From: Phoronis australis
Taxonomy: Eukaryota; Animalia; Phoronida
Reading direction: 5' to 3'
Length of the DNA stretch: 64,000 nucleotides
Assembly (NCBI GenBank): GCA_002633005.1
Contig: NMRA01000109.1
Location: 718,624-782,623, forward strand
Of the stretch, positions 1 to 12,362 are shown one piece after another (the stretch's first letter is position 1; each line of letters opens with the position of its first letter). Under the pieces are notes generated by a model, which saw nothing but the letters and a program-made list of their open reading frames with translations, ran no database searches and was not told the DNA's origin. A program made the position numbers and the translations under genes.

Positions 1-2442
1 GATTCTGGTCTAAAAACAGGCTCATAATGCATGACTCATTTCCAATCAGGTAAGAACTTGTAATGGGTGTTACGGGGAGCGTTGTTCAGTTGGAATGCTT
101 AGTATGTAAATTCTGTTTAGGGTGAATCAGCACATGAAGTTATCGACTGATGTCCATGTCAGCAATGGCACATATTATCACATTTGTGAACATTTTGTTA
201 TGTTCATCATTCTTCTTCAAAAGATTTCATTATGTCCAACTATGCACATACTTGACTATTAATATTTAACAATTTTAAATACTAACAGTTAGTTTATACT
301 TGCAATACTAACTTGATCCTAGTATCACCAGGCAATAGAAGCTGAGCTTGTTAGAGGGGCATTTCGTCCCTCTTTAGCTGTCAATGTTGAATTCTTAGCC
401 TAAGTTTTTTCGGGCTGAAAAACATTACCACACTTACCAAATTTTGAATTGTTACCAAATAAGCTAGTAAGTTACAGGCACTGAGCACATGCATCATTTT
501 CAAAATTCCAAATTTTATGCTTGGCGAACCCTAATAGACTCTGAAGCGTTTTCTGGAGTCACTGATGGTTTCGAAACAGGAATAGAAACCTATTACAGTA
601 AGGAATATCATGATGCCAATTTTATAAGGGTAAATTGTTCAGTTTTGTCTAATTCTCGTTTGCGAACCAGCTATACAAGGCGACATGCAGCTTTTTTAAG
701 TATCGAAGCCAACAGAAAAGCTCAAGTTGACTTGACAGTTTGAGTTGATGCCCCTCTACAAGCAGGTTTAACTCAATAGAAAAAGGCCTTTAGACTCAAG
801 TGAATTAGCTTGATATATTTGCAAATCAGCAACATGGATGACCATAGCATCATTGCCACACATTAGGTCAAACATACTTTTAATACAAAAAATGCACAAG
901 TCGACAAAACCATAATATGAATATGTCAATCTCAATATGGCGTACATTAATTTGGTCACGTGATGTGACCAACAGATAGCGTGCTGACGGGACTTAAATT
1001 TTGCAATACCATAATACATAAAAGCAGTGTTTTTCACTTTATCTTAATGTATAAATAATATCATGATCTTCCAATGACCTCAGTAACGTATTCAATCTGC
1101 TGGCCATGTGTATTCAGTGATTGCCTGGTTGTCAAAATCAGGAACCACCAAATTCAAGCAGCAGAGCTAACGAAATTAAAGAAATTAAAAAAAAACAGTG
1201 ACAACTGAGGCACAGCTCTATTTACAGTTGAACGAAGCCTCTCAAAAATCACTTGTCAACTGAACTGGCAATTGTCCGAAGCCAAGGCCAAGTCCAAGTC
1301 AAGGTATTGACCAATCAGTCTTGATTCGCATGCCAGGCAACCCAGGTTCAATCGGCTTTGGACAGGTGGATTTTTCTGCAGTGACACCCAACCAAGGTGA
1401 GAACCACACTCAAATCTCAAGAAGCGGATTTGAGTCGTGCACTCCTTTCCCCCTCCAACGGAAACACATAAAATCACTCCAAATTTAGCAAAGCAAAACT
1501 TCTAGCGTTAAAACAGTAGAACGTCAATTTAGGACCAGAAACCAACTTAGTTTGCGACGGAAGCGTGCAGTTTTAATGACATCAATTTTAAGCCACTTTG
1601 TACTTGCTATCTTTTTACCCACATCGATCCAAAGCTGTATATTTATACAGCTTTGCAGTCAAGCGTGCCGTGGCACTGAGTCACCGAGTGGGAGGGAGAC
1701 AGTCATATGTGATGACTCTCCTTACAGTTTTTGTAAAAGGCGGATTTCAAAGAAAACTGATGAAATGTGGAATGTGAAACCTTCACGATATTATAAAAAC
1801 ATACCTGGATTACAAAATAATCATTCTCTGACATTCTGTTCACATTTCCTGCACAAGAATTAGCAATCAAAAATTAAAGAAATTTGCATGTATGATAAAA
1901 AAGACTACCTCCAAAATGGAGACTGCGGCGTCTGATTCCGCTTCTGCTAGAATAAGATCTTGAGGGTTGGTCTTGTTTCTAAATCAACCAACATGACACT
2001 CAAGTACAAAATACAGAGGTCATTAGGTTAACTTTTGACATCTTTTCGCAAATCACGGCATCAACTTAAAAGGCAATGTACTCTGCCACAAGCTGGTGTC
2101 GAAAACAAGGGATTTGTAAGGAAAATGCTGACATTTCTGTGGATACTGCCAACTTGCTTCATTAAATGACATTTTCTGTTTTAGTTAGGAACTGGTACTC
2201 ATGGTATTTTGCTTCATTCAGGCCTTGCAATGACCACAGGTACAATTTTAATTTGCAATACATGAGCACAGTTCTGTTCCTGGGTTTAACAATCTTGTGG
2301 AGCGTGTCTAAAAATTCTTATTAACAGACGGGTTACTTACGTGTCTAGCTTATAGAGACAGCGTGTATATTGTATTGTAGAGGGAGACGGCGACGGCACT
2401 GGTCAGATAAAGCGGTCCCTGGTTTAGAGAACCAGTTTCATC

Positions 2443-3130
2443 CACAGGCGTCCTCAGCTTCTAATCGTCCCCAATACACTACATATAATACTACAAGGTA
2501 GGACACTTCCGACCAGAAATTCCACGGGTGCTTCACTTCAGCCGTCTATAGCAAACATAAAACTCAATAAATTTACACAAAACAGGGGTTCAACAAACCA
2601 TGAAGAATTGTTCTTTCTCCCAATACCATTCACGGTGTCCTGTTCCGGCGACTTCGTAAGAAATTCGCAGTCAAAGAACAAAAATGTTCACAAAAAACCC
2701 CCGCGCACGTCCATCGGTTGCCGCTCGAGGTCAAGGACGGTACGAAAATTGCCGGTGAGTTACGGAAGTACCGACATCGTGACTTTACGCGACCGATGTC
2801 GGTACTTCCGTAACTCACCGGCAATTTCCGTACCGTCCTTGACCTCGAGCGGCAACCGATGGACGTGCGCGGGGGTTTTTTGTGAACATTTTTGTTCTTT
2901 GACTGCGAATTTCTTACGAAGTCGCCGGAACAGGACACCGTGAATGGTATTGGGAGAAAGAACAATTCTTCATGGTTTGTTGAACCCCTGTTTTGTGTAA
3001 ATTTATTGAGTTTTATGTTTGCTATGGACGGCTGAAGTGAAGCACCCGTGGAATTTCTGGTCGGAAGTGTCCTACCTTGTAGTATTATATGTAGTGTATT
3101 GGGGACGATCAGAAGCTGAGGACGCCTGTG
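2443..3130. mobile_element. Foldback/palindromic non-autonomous DNA transposon (MITE), possibly P superfamily
   Basis: Arms 2443-2779 and 2794-3130 are reverse complements (337 bp, 3 mismatches seen, 14-nt loop). Termini are CACAG...CTGTG. An exact 8-bp direct repeat GTTTCATC flanks it at 2435-2442 and 3131-3138. The superfamily is inferred from CANRG termini plus the 8-bp TSD; hAT is not excluded. Confidence 0.9.
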
Positions 3131-4046
3131 GTTTCATCCACTAAATAACGGGCCCGTTCTTCAGTGATATCCTGGTTCTCTGGGCGAACATAAAACACAT
3201 TTAAACAAAGAGAAACACAAAGGAAGAGAGCAACAGCAATAGAAAAAAGCCCCTGTGCGAAACCTTGCCGGTTGCAAAGCTTTTAATCCCTCAAAGTTTC
3301 AAATTCTCACCTGACTAAAATCAAACGGGCGCCAATCCGACAGGTAGCCATTATTATTGTATCTCACTGACACCTCGCGGATTAGAGACATTCAGCGACA
3401 TCTGGTGAGGTCCTCAGCTGCATTTCCATCACTCAATAAAATCGTGAAATTAATTATCCTATCAAATTACATTGAAAAAATATGCTTGAATTAATAGCAA
3501 TGGGTGTATATTCATCAAGAATAATTGGGTGAGCACTTATAAAGGAATTGAAGCGGTTGGCTCCATCAGTTGATGCTATAATTCAAGACTTTTAAAAAAC
3601 TCCTGAAGTACGCTTAGATAGGTTCCAATAGCCACACAAAACTTACGTTCCGTCAAAGAAATTGCTTTTTATTACCGAAGTCCATGGCAACTTTAGATGA
3701 AGAATCAAAAGTCTTTCATTCTTTTAAATATATTATAACAAAGTTGTCCTTTGAAATAAGGCAGCCTTTTAAAAATATTTTCATCAGAGTTGTACATTAA
3801 TTTTTTGTAAAGTGTGTAAATAGGAGTAGTTCATTTATGACATTCAGCAAAATACTAAATTGCCATCTTCGCGGCGGTCTTGATTTATACGAGGCCAAAT
3901 GCAAGAGCAGGTTTTTTTCGAGAAAAGTGAAATCATACAAGATGAAGAAAGTCTCATGAATGAAAGGTGACCACTCAGATCGAGATTTCATTTGCGTACA
4001 CTAGCAAACTGTCTGCCAATGAAATTATTCCTCAAGTAGATTGAGC

Positions 4047-4277
4047 GAGTAAGTAAGTAAGTGAGTAAATAAGTAAGTAAGTAAGTTAGTAAGTAAGTAA
4101 GTACGTACCTTAAGTAAGTAAGTAAGCAAGTAAGTAACTAAGTAAGTGAGTAAGTACGTACCTTAAGTAAGTATATTAAGTAAGTAAGTATGTAAGTACA
4201 TTAAGTGAGTAAGTAAGTAATTACGTTAAGTACTTTAAGTAAGTAAGTAAGTAAGTAAGTAAGCAAGTAAGTAAGTA

Positions 4278-4345
<68 letters not shown>

Positions 4346-4385
4346 GTAAGTAAGTAAGTAAGTAAAGTAAGTAAGTAAGTAAGTA

Positions 4386-4415
<30 letters not shown>
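4047..4415. repeat. (AAGT)n tetranucleotide microsatellite, imperfect
   Basis: Directly visible run of AAGT units, degenerate in the 5' half and near perfect with AAAGT slips in the 3' half. Confidence 0.97.
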
Positions 4416-4416
<1 letters not shown>

Positions 4417-7387
4417 GACGTAAATCGTTTGGACTTTTATTTTACATCGTTGTGTGCGGCGCAGATAAAACAAAACAACATCAGCACAAGTGCTAATTAC
4501 TAATACAATAAACATTAGGGGAATGTTATGTACAGACATGTAGAGAAGGACATATAAATATGAAGATTCAAACATAGGTAACATGAGTGGTTTCCATATA
4601 ACAGGAATCAAATGACATTACTCAACAAGTGGTACAATTTGGTACTTCCAGTCATTTCTGAAGGAAGTCGTAACCTCGTACTTTGTCAACGTCGTATAGG
4701 TTCAGGCAATTTGTTCCACAAAGACGCGTCCCGATTGTGTATGTATTAAGTCCTACGTGATGGAATGACATCTGGAAAGAGCAAATATATTTTTACACCA
4801 AATATCAAAAAATAATTGTCGAAAACCAAAAGTAAAACGAGAACTGGACCTTTCCTTAAAAACGTCGTCTATAAACCACTCATGGAGCAGAGTTTCCCGG
4901 CTGTAAAGCTAAAAATCAGGATTGGTGAACACGAAACACAATCGTTGAGGCACGAAAACAGAATGCACCTGGTCTTTGAAATGACTAATGAGTGTTTTCG
5001 AAACTCAAAAAGTTATTTGAAATAGAATTCAATACATGCACCATTTTGTGAAGTTGAAAATACGTTCTCATAGTTTTTGTTCCCAAGCTTTGTCTGCAAT
5101 AATTCTGCGACTCCGTTACGAAATTTTGGCACATTTTCATCTTTGGGGTGTCATTCTAACTCTCACTGTTGGAAATGGTGTAACGTTAGAAGCGTGTTGG
5201 CACTTCTGCAAGTGATGAGCATCTTTCTTGCGGCCAGGATTAAAATGTAACAGAACAATAGATGGCGCTCACAGCCGACAGTCTATCATTGGAACCTTGG
5301 AACATTTAGGCCTTCAGCTCAAATTCCATGACGTCTCCGTTGGTCCATGGTTTAAATTATATTTTGGAAACGTTTTATTTGAGGCGCAACGTATCAACGA
5401 TACTATATTAGGGCTGGTGTAACATTCATTAAAATATGTATTTTCAAAGTTATACCTTGGTATACAGTTGTGTAAATGGTATTTATTCGAAATAACAAAA
5501 CATGGCTGTATTTCTGTTCACTTCTAAGTAGCTTTACACACAAAAATGATTTTGACATCTCCGAAGCATGACTATAATGTTATTATCAGATAAACCGTAT
5601 ATGATATTTATTGAAGGCCAGTAACATGAAATGTATCCAGTCATGAACTGATAATCACCAAGCGATTTGAGGAAACTCGGACAATTTCAAGTTGCACGCT
5701 ATAATACTGAGCGAGCCGCTTTAACTTTATACCAGTGTCCAATTGTAAACAAAATGCCGCCTCTAATAAATTGGTTAGCCATGTGTCGTTATGCCATTTA
5801 CACCCTCGTGTTAATGACACTCGTGTGCCGACATAAAGCCCTGAATTCAACAGAAACATAGAGTACAACGAAAATTCTAATCAAGCACAAAAACTTGCGA
5901 CTGCGGCAGTTCTGATTCTATAATATTTTGTTGTTTAGAAGAGGTAAGGTAATTTCATTCAAGGTTTTGAAACTGTTGAATTTCCAACTGCCACCTCAGC
6001 TAAAAGCGGCTTTAAACCCGCTATCCATCACAGAAAATGTTGATATAGACCCTGGCCCTTATGAAATCGGCCTTAAATTATTCCTTAGTCAAATTAGAGG
6101 TGATTTCAGGATTTCGAAGTTCAATATTGCTTGAGGCTAGATTCTACAAGATAGGTTGTCACGTCGCGTCATTTTGTGCGTTAACCATGGTCTGTCATTT
6201 TTTGCAAACCCATAGATGACTTGTGATCAAGTCGAGATCAGTTTTATAGCGGCAAGTGGTATAACCAAAAGTTTGTTCCTTGGCCTCTTTAAATAAAAAT
6301 GGTCCGCCCGGATTTGATCATATTCACCAATCATCAATTCAATTGGCGCGAAGAGTCGACGCGTGGACAGAAGATTAAATAAAAAAGCGTGGTTCGAAAG
6401 GCGTGATGTTGCCATCAACTGTGTAAAATCAAAATATTCCTTAGAGGTTAAATCTTACAGAGCTTTAGTGGTCTGAGCAACCTACACTACAAAATCACTT
6501 TCTATTGCAACGTAAATTAATGTCAAGTATTCACGTAACAATTTATGCACAAGTTTTGGAACCATTTCAGTATAATTTGTGATTGTTTGCCTGAAGAAAA
6601 CATCCGACATTATTTCACTAACATCCTTCGATTCTAGTCAATGAGTGAACAGCGTCAAACACCGGCCAACATCGGGCAATGTTGGAATACAAACATAAAA
6701 AGTGGTTGACAATTAAAAGAATAAATTTTTTGAAAATAACAAAATTAATTTTCTGGTCAAATTTAAATCCCAATGAATGAAACTTATTCCATGTATTCCG
6801 ACCCGGGGATTCCGACCTGTATGCACAGGTGTACATTTTCACTGGTGTCTAACAAGTTAGGGTTCGTATGTACCTATATAATCAATCCCCTCATATTCCG
6901 ATATCCGTGCGAGAGTCATAACACATTTCTTTTCAAGTTATTCAAACTGACCACTTAACACTTATTAGAGTACTGCTGGAAGGGATGTATAAGGTAGGAA
7001 TACACAAAATTTACCCCGATAGCTGGGGTCATGATCAAACCGCATTATTCAGCGTAACAATTGGTCGTATAAGAAGCGAGTCCAAAATAATATGAACATT
7101 GAGACAAATTACAACATGGAGTGAGACTAACAAACACACTAAAGCCTTCCCTAAACACATGCGATAAACAATGTCAACATATTTGGCACAATATCTGAGA
7201 CTGAATAACACATCCCATTCATAAGAATAGTTTTCGGTATTCGTGCGCGCAGTGATTCGGCTCAAAGTTGTCGGGTGAAAGGTAAGACAAGAAACAATAT
7301 GTCTCGCACTTATTTCATGTCGGCCGCCGGCTAAACAATCACTACGTCTCGGGCAGTTGTACGAGAAAGGTGGTCCAACAGCTCAGC

Positions 7388-10300
7388 ATGCTGTGGGATT
7401 TGATGATCAGTTCTAGACCTGCGGGACGGGCAACGTTCTCATTGGAGATGTTTGCGGTAACTTTAGTTGTGATTTTGCTCCATCTTCGTCCTTGTTCGGC
7501 AGGAGGAGAGATTTTACTCAACTCACCGTTGGAAGTTCCATTGGGGCGTTCTGTTTACGTCAGTCCCGATACCAACCTTGCTATCAATGTCGGTGATCCA
7601 AACGACCGATGCTCCGTTACTGTTTTAAATAACGTGGACCCCCTCGCTGAGAGGCCTGGAATGTTGATGCCGCGCTCTTTTCCATGCAACTTCGGACGTA
7701 GCGATGTTTACTACACACACTTCGGAGCACGGAATCCAGCCGAAGACAGCGTTCATATGCAAATCAGATATGATTCCAAGACGGAGACGAAAATTATTCC
7801 ATTCACCCTCACTGTCAAAGTAATCTTTGTGCAGCTGGAAATAGTAACAAAAAACATGCCTCTTGTTGTTGATGAATTGAATGGACTCAGTACTCCAATA
7901 GCACCGGAAGGTCTGGAATTTACATACGAAGACACTTCGCTGCAATGTAAAGTTTCTATACTGGGCCCCGACAGTGGCCTGCCTCGCTATGGAATAATCG
8001 CCAAGGAAAGTTATGAAATCACAAATCAAGACTGTGATAGTTTTCTGACTAGTGGTATCAGATACCAGCATACTGCCGGCACAAATTCCATCAACAGTGA
8101 TCATGTTCCCATGGTTGTTGAATTGTTAAATCCAGTGAGTGGTGAAGTCACTAACAGAGAATATTTCCAAGTTATGATTCGTATTAATGCTGCTCCTCCA
8201 AATTCAGCGCCGCTTGTGGGTGTACGTGCTCTCTTGGTGATGGAGGTTGATCAGTTTGTGTTGACGGCAATCACGTCAGAGATTCTATCAGCAGAGGACC
8301 GAGAGACATCCCCTGACAGGCTTATCTTCAACATTACCAGTTCTTTACCCGAGGGGGATGGAATGGTAGTGAGCACTCTTGACCAAAATCAACCACTGCG
8401 ATCTTTCACCCAGAGAGACATAGGTGATTTGAAAATTGGGTACAGGCCACCATCTAAAGATGCTGACCGCCAGAGAATGTTCCAGATCCCATTGCAGGTT
8501 GTGGATGAGGATGGCGGAACATCAGATCCATTTAATCTCATGGTCATCGTCAAGCCAATGAATACACTAGCTCCGTTGGTTACGAAAAACACTGGCCTAC
8601 AGTTATTTGAGGGACAATCGCGCCACCTTATGTCAAAGAAAAACCTTGAGATTAGTGATGAAGACAACCTGAAAGATGTCCGTATATCCGTTCTTGATGG
8701 TTTACGTCATGGTCAGTTACTTGGCATAAGTAACAAGTTTTTCACCCCAGCTGATTTAGATGCAGGCTCCATTATGTATAAGCATGATGGCAGCGACACC
8801 TACAGTGACAACATCATTTTCCGCATGACTGATGGCAGTCATACTGTCGAGTTCCTGTTCCCCATTACCATCCACCCAGAGGATGATGAATCGCCAATTC
8901 TAAACGTCAACACAGGTCTACAAATCAGACGAGGAGATCTAGTCGAAATCAACCCTTTTATTCTGTCTGCTGCTGATATAGACAGCGATGATGCTTCCAT
9001 TAAGTTTCTCATCCAAACTCCTTATTCTGACGAAGGAACGTTTGTGTTCCGCCAACAGGAGGCACCTGTTGGTGAAGAGTGGATGGCTATTGATGGATTT
9101 TATGAGAAACCGGTAACCATGTGGACGCAACTTGACATTATGGATGGAAAACTGTACTACCGTCATGTAGGTCCGCATCGGACAACATCCATTATGGATC
9201 GCCACAAACTTGTTTTGTCTGATTCTAGCGATCCTCCAAATGTTTCTGGTGAGCAAGAATTTGTTATCAAAGTTTTACCTAAAGATGATCAACCCCCCTT
9301 CTTGTATCCGGGTATTACTCTGGTGATGGAGGTTCTGGAATATGAAACCACTCCTTTTAAACGACGCCATCTTAGGTACACTGATTTAGACACTAATGAC
9401 CGACAGCTTAAGTATGTTATATTACAAGCGCCGTACGATTCTGATACCAACAACCCATATGGTGCAGGTGAAATTGTTCTTTGTGACAATCCAGAAGTCA
9501 TTGTCGACGAGTTCACGCAGGCTCAGGTAAACCATCACAAAATCTGTTACAAGCCACCAAATGCAGATTTAGGACTGGTCAAGCGACTGATACAATTTCT
9601 ATACAAAGTTGAAGATACAAATGGCAACGAAGTTTCTCTCCAGTTGTTCAATATTGTGTTGAACCCAGTTGACAACCAACCACCTGTAGTCACAAACACT
9701 GGCGCTACCATATTTGAGAATGGCCAATTTGTCCTCACACCATCTATGATTTCCGTGAGTGATCCGGACACGGACAGTTCGCGTATTTTTCTGAATGTCA
9801 CCAAATTACCCATAGAAGGTTTGCTACTCCTTAACACATTTACGCTCAATGTTGGCGATCTCATTACACTTGATGACATTGACAATGGGCGTGTTGTCTA
9901 CACAAACACAGGTTTAGAAATGAATGTGGACGTATTTTCTTTTGAGGTCACTGATGGAATTCACCGCATACCTATTGACTTTCAAGTGACTGTTCGCAGT
10001 ATTGATGACGAGGCACCAAAGTTTCAGCTGCCCCCAGGTGCCCTTGGTACCATGATTGATGTACTCGAAGGTCAGTCTGTTTTGATTACAAGTAACACCC
10101 TCAGTGCAACCGATCCCGACACCGAAAACATGATGTTGACATTCATTCTTGACGATCCTCCCAAATATGGTCGTATTCTTTTGGATGGTGCATTGACAAG
10201 AAGTTTCAAACAAAGAGACATTGTCAACAATCTGGTCACCTATAGACATGTTAGTGGTGAAATTGGCCCTAATCCTCTACAAGACTCCTTGAATCTCAGT

Positions 10301-12362
10301 TTGTCAGACATGTCCGATGATTTTATTGTTGGTGGCAATACAATCAGCAAAATTCAAATGACAGTCAACATTCTACCAGTTGACAACATGGTGCCAACCG
10401 TAAAAGTTGGTAAAGTGGTCGTCTCCCCTGAAGGTGGTAAACAAACTATTACCCTGGATCACTTGTCAGCCACAGATGTCGATACAGATGATGATAGTAT
10501 TGTATGCACTGTTGTTGTGCAGCCTAACCATGGATACTTGGAGAATTCATCACCAGCTCCTGGGTCTGAAAAGCTGCGGATGGGTATGCCAATCAGCGCT
10601 TTTAGCATTGGTGACATTAAATCGGGACAAGTGAATTATGTACAGAGTGTCCACTCTAAATCTGAGCCACGTGAAGACCGTTTTGTCATCCGTTGTTCTG
10701 ATGGTGTGAATCAAACGCCTCAGGTTTTCATCAACGTTGAGATCACTCCGGCCAATGATGAACCACCACAGCTGTTTTTGAGAGAGTTCGTGGTCATGGA
10801 AGGCAGTAATCTGATTATCGATTTGCCCATTCTGAATGCAGTTGACAATGATGTCCCTGAAGATCAACTGGTTTTCACCATCACACGCCAGCCAGAACAT
10901 GGCCAGATCATTAGACAAACCTTCACTGGTACCGAGGTGGTCACCACTTTCACTATGGAAGAAATCCGGCTTGCTTCAGTTATTGTCTATGAGCATGATA
11001 ACTCTGAAACTACCTCGGACTCCTTCACCATTCATTTGACCGATGGAACACATGAGATCACTAAAGAAATTCCCATCGTGATCTTGCCTGTTGATGACGA
11101 GACTCCTCGACTGACGATAAACAATGGTCTGGATATAGACATTGGCGAAGCACGAGTGCTCACAAATGAAGATTTGAAAGCTGAAGATTTGGACAGTTTG
11201 GACCCTAACATCACATACGTTATCCGTCGCCAGCCAGTGTACGGCTTCCTCCAGAAGTTTGTTAACAATGTAGCCACAAATCTGACCCGTGGGAAGAATT
11301 TTTCGCAGTGGGAGATTGATGCTGGGCATATACGCTACATTCACAAGGGGCGTCAAGGTGTGCGTGATTTAATAAAGTTTGATGTGACTGATGGACTCAA
11401 TCCCCTGATTGACCGTTATTTCTATGTCTCTGTTGAAGGCATCGATACCACATTTCCAGATGTCATCAATAAAGGTGTGGAGTTGCCTGAAGGTGGTTTC
11501 ATCATTCTTACAACCAATATTCTGAGTACGACTGACAATAACTCTCCAGACCAGAATCTCCAATTTACCATCACCCGTGCTCCCACCAGGGGTCACCTGG
11601 AGCTCACTGATTTCCCCGGGGTCCCTATCACGAGTTTCACTCAACTTCAACTCGCTGGCAACAAAGTGAAGTATGTTCACACATCTGATGACGAAATGAA
11701 AATGGACAGCTTCGAGTTTGAGGTCACTGATGGTTACAATCCAGTCTTCCGCACATTCCGAATTTCTCTCAGTGACGTCGACAACAAGCTACCTGTACTC
11801 ATGACGGAAACATTGAGAGTCAAAGAAGGGGGTGTCAAGCTGATTACTCCGTTTGAGCTGCGCGCGGATGACAGAGATACTGCTGACAAATTTGTAAGAT
11901 TCAAGATCACCCGAAGCCCGAAACATGGTAAAATTCTTTACAACAATTCCAGGATTGTAACCTCCTTCACGCAAGAACACCTCAATGAGAATCTTATTAC
12001 TTACAAACACGATGGTTCTGAAACTCTTGAAGACTATTTCCACATAAAGGTCACTGATGGTAAACACCGAAAGTTTTACATCTTTCCCGACACTACAACA
12101 CCTGTCCGCAAACCGCAAGAGGTGAAAATTGAGGTTGTGTCCATCGACAATGGCGTTCCACAGATGATGATCAACAGGGCAACTGGTAGTCTAGATTATA
12201 TGACTGGTGACAAACTGGGCTTCCTGTTCACGAACAAGATGGTTAAGGCGGAAGACCGTGACAGTCCTCATAACCGTCTGGTGTTCCGTGTGGTTCAGCA
12301 GCCTGATCACGGCTACCTCATCAATGTGGTAACGGGCCAGATAGTGACCAATTGGACTCAGG
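7388..12362 (+). CDS. FREM2: FREM2/ECM3-like extracellular matrix protein, coding exon 1 (signal peptide, Frem N-terminal domain, CSPG repeats 1-11 and most of 12)
   Basis: Part of the 1669-aa ORF, whose track start at 7370 is a GTG. First ATG is 7388; ATG 7448 precedes the signal-like MFAVTLVVILLHLRPCSA. Twelve repeats carry V.EG / L.A.D.D / FTQ..I / Y.H motifs. Donor is CAGG|GTAAGG after WTQ. The symbol denotes the FREM2/FREM3/ECM3 orthology group; the start codon is uncertain. Confidence 0.95.

Noticed and set aside
2443-2449. CACAG terminus resembling a RAG/Transib RSS heptamer
   Set aside because: The sequence is CACAGGC rather than CACAGTG, no nonamer was seen at 12/23 spacing, and the TSD is 8 bp rather than the 5 bp of Transib/ProtoRAG.
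2608-2965. Two mirror-image 111-aa ORFs on opposite strands
   Set aside because: They are a by-product of the palindrome, start at TTG, and contain no recognisable domain (no THAP or DDE motif).
4201-4611. 136-aa ORF with LLTY repeats
   Set aside because: It is the translation of the (ACTT)n microsatellite strand.
7625-12118. Many antisense and alternate-frame ORFs overlapping exon 1
   Set aside because: These are shadow ORFs expected opposite a long coding exon, with no motifs.
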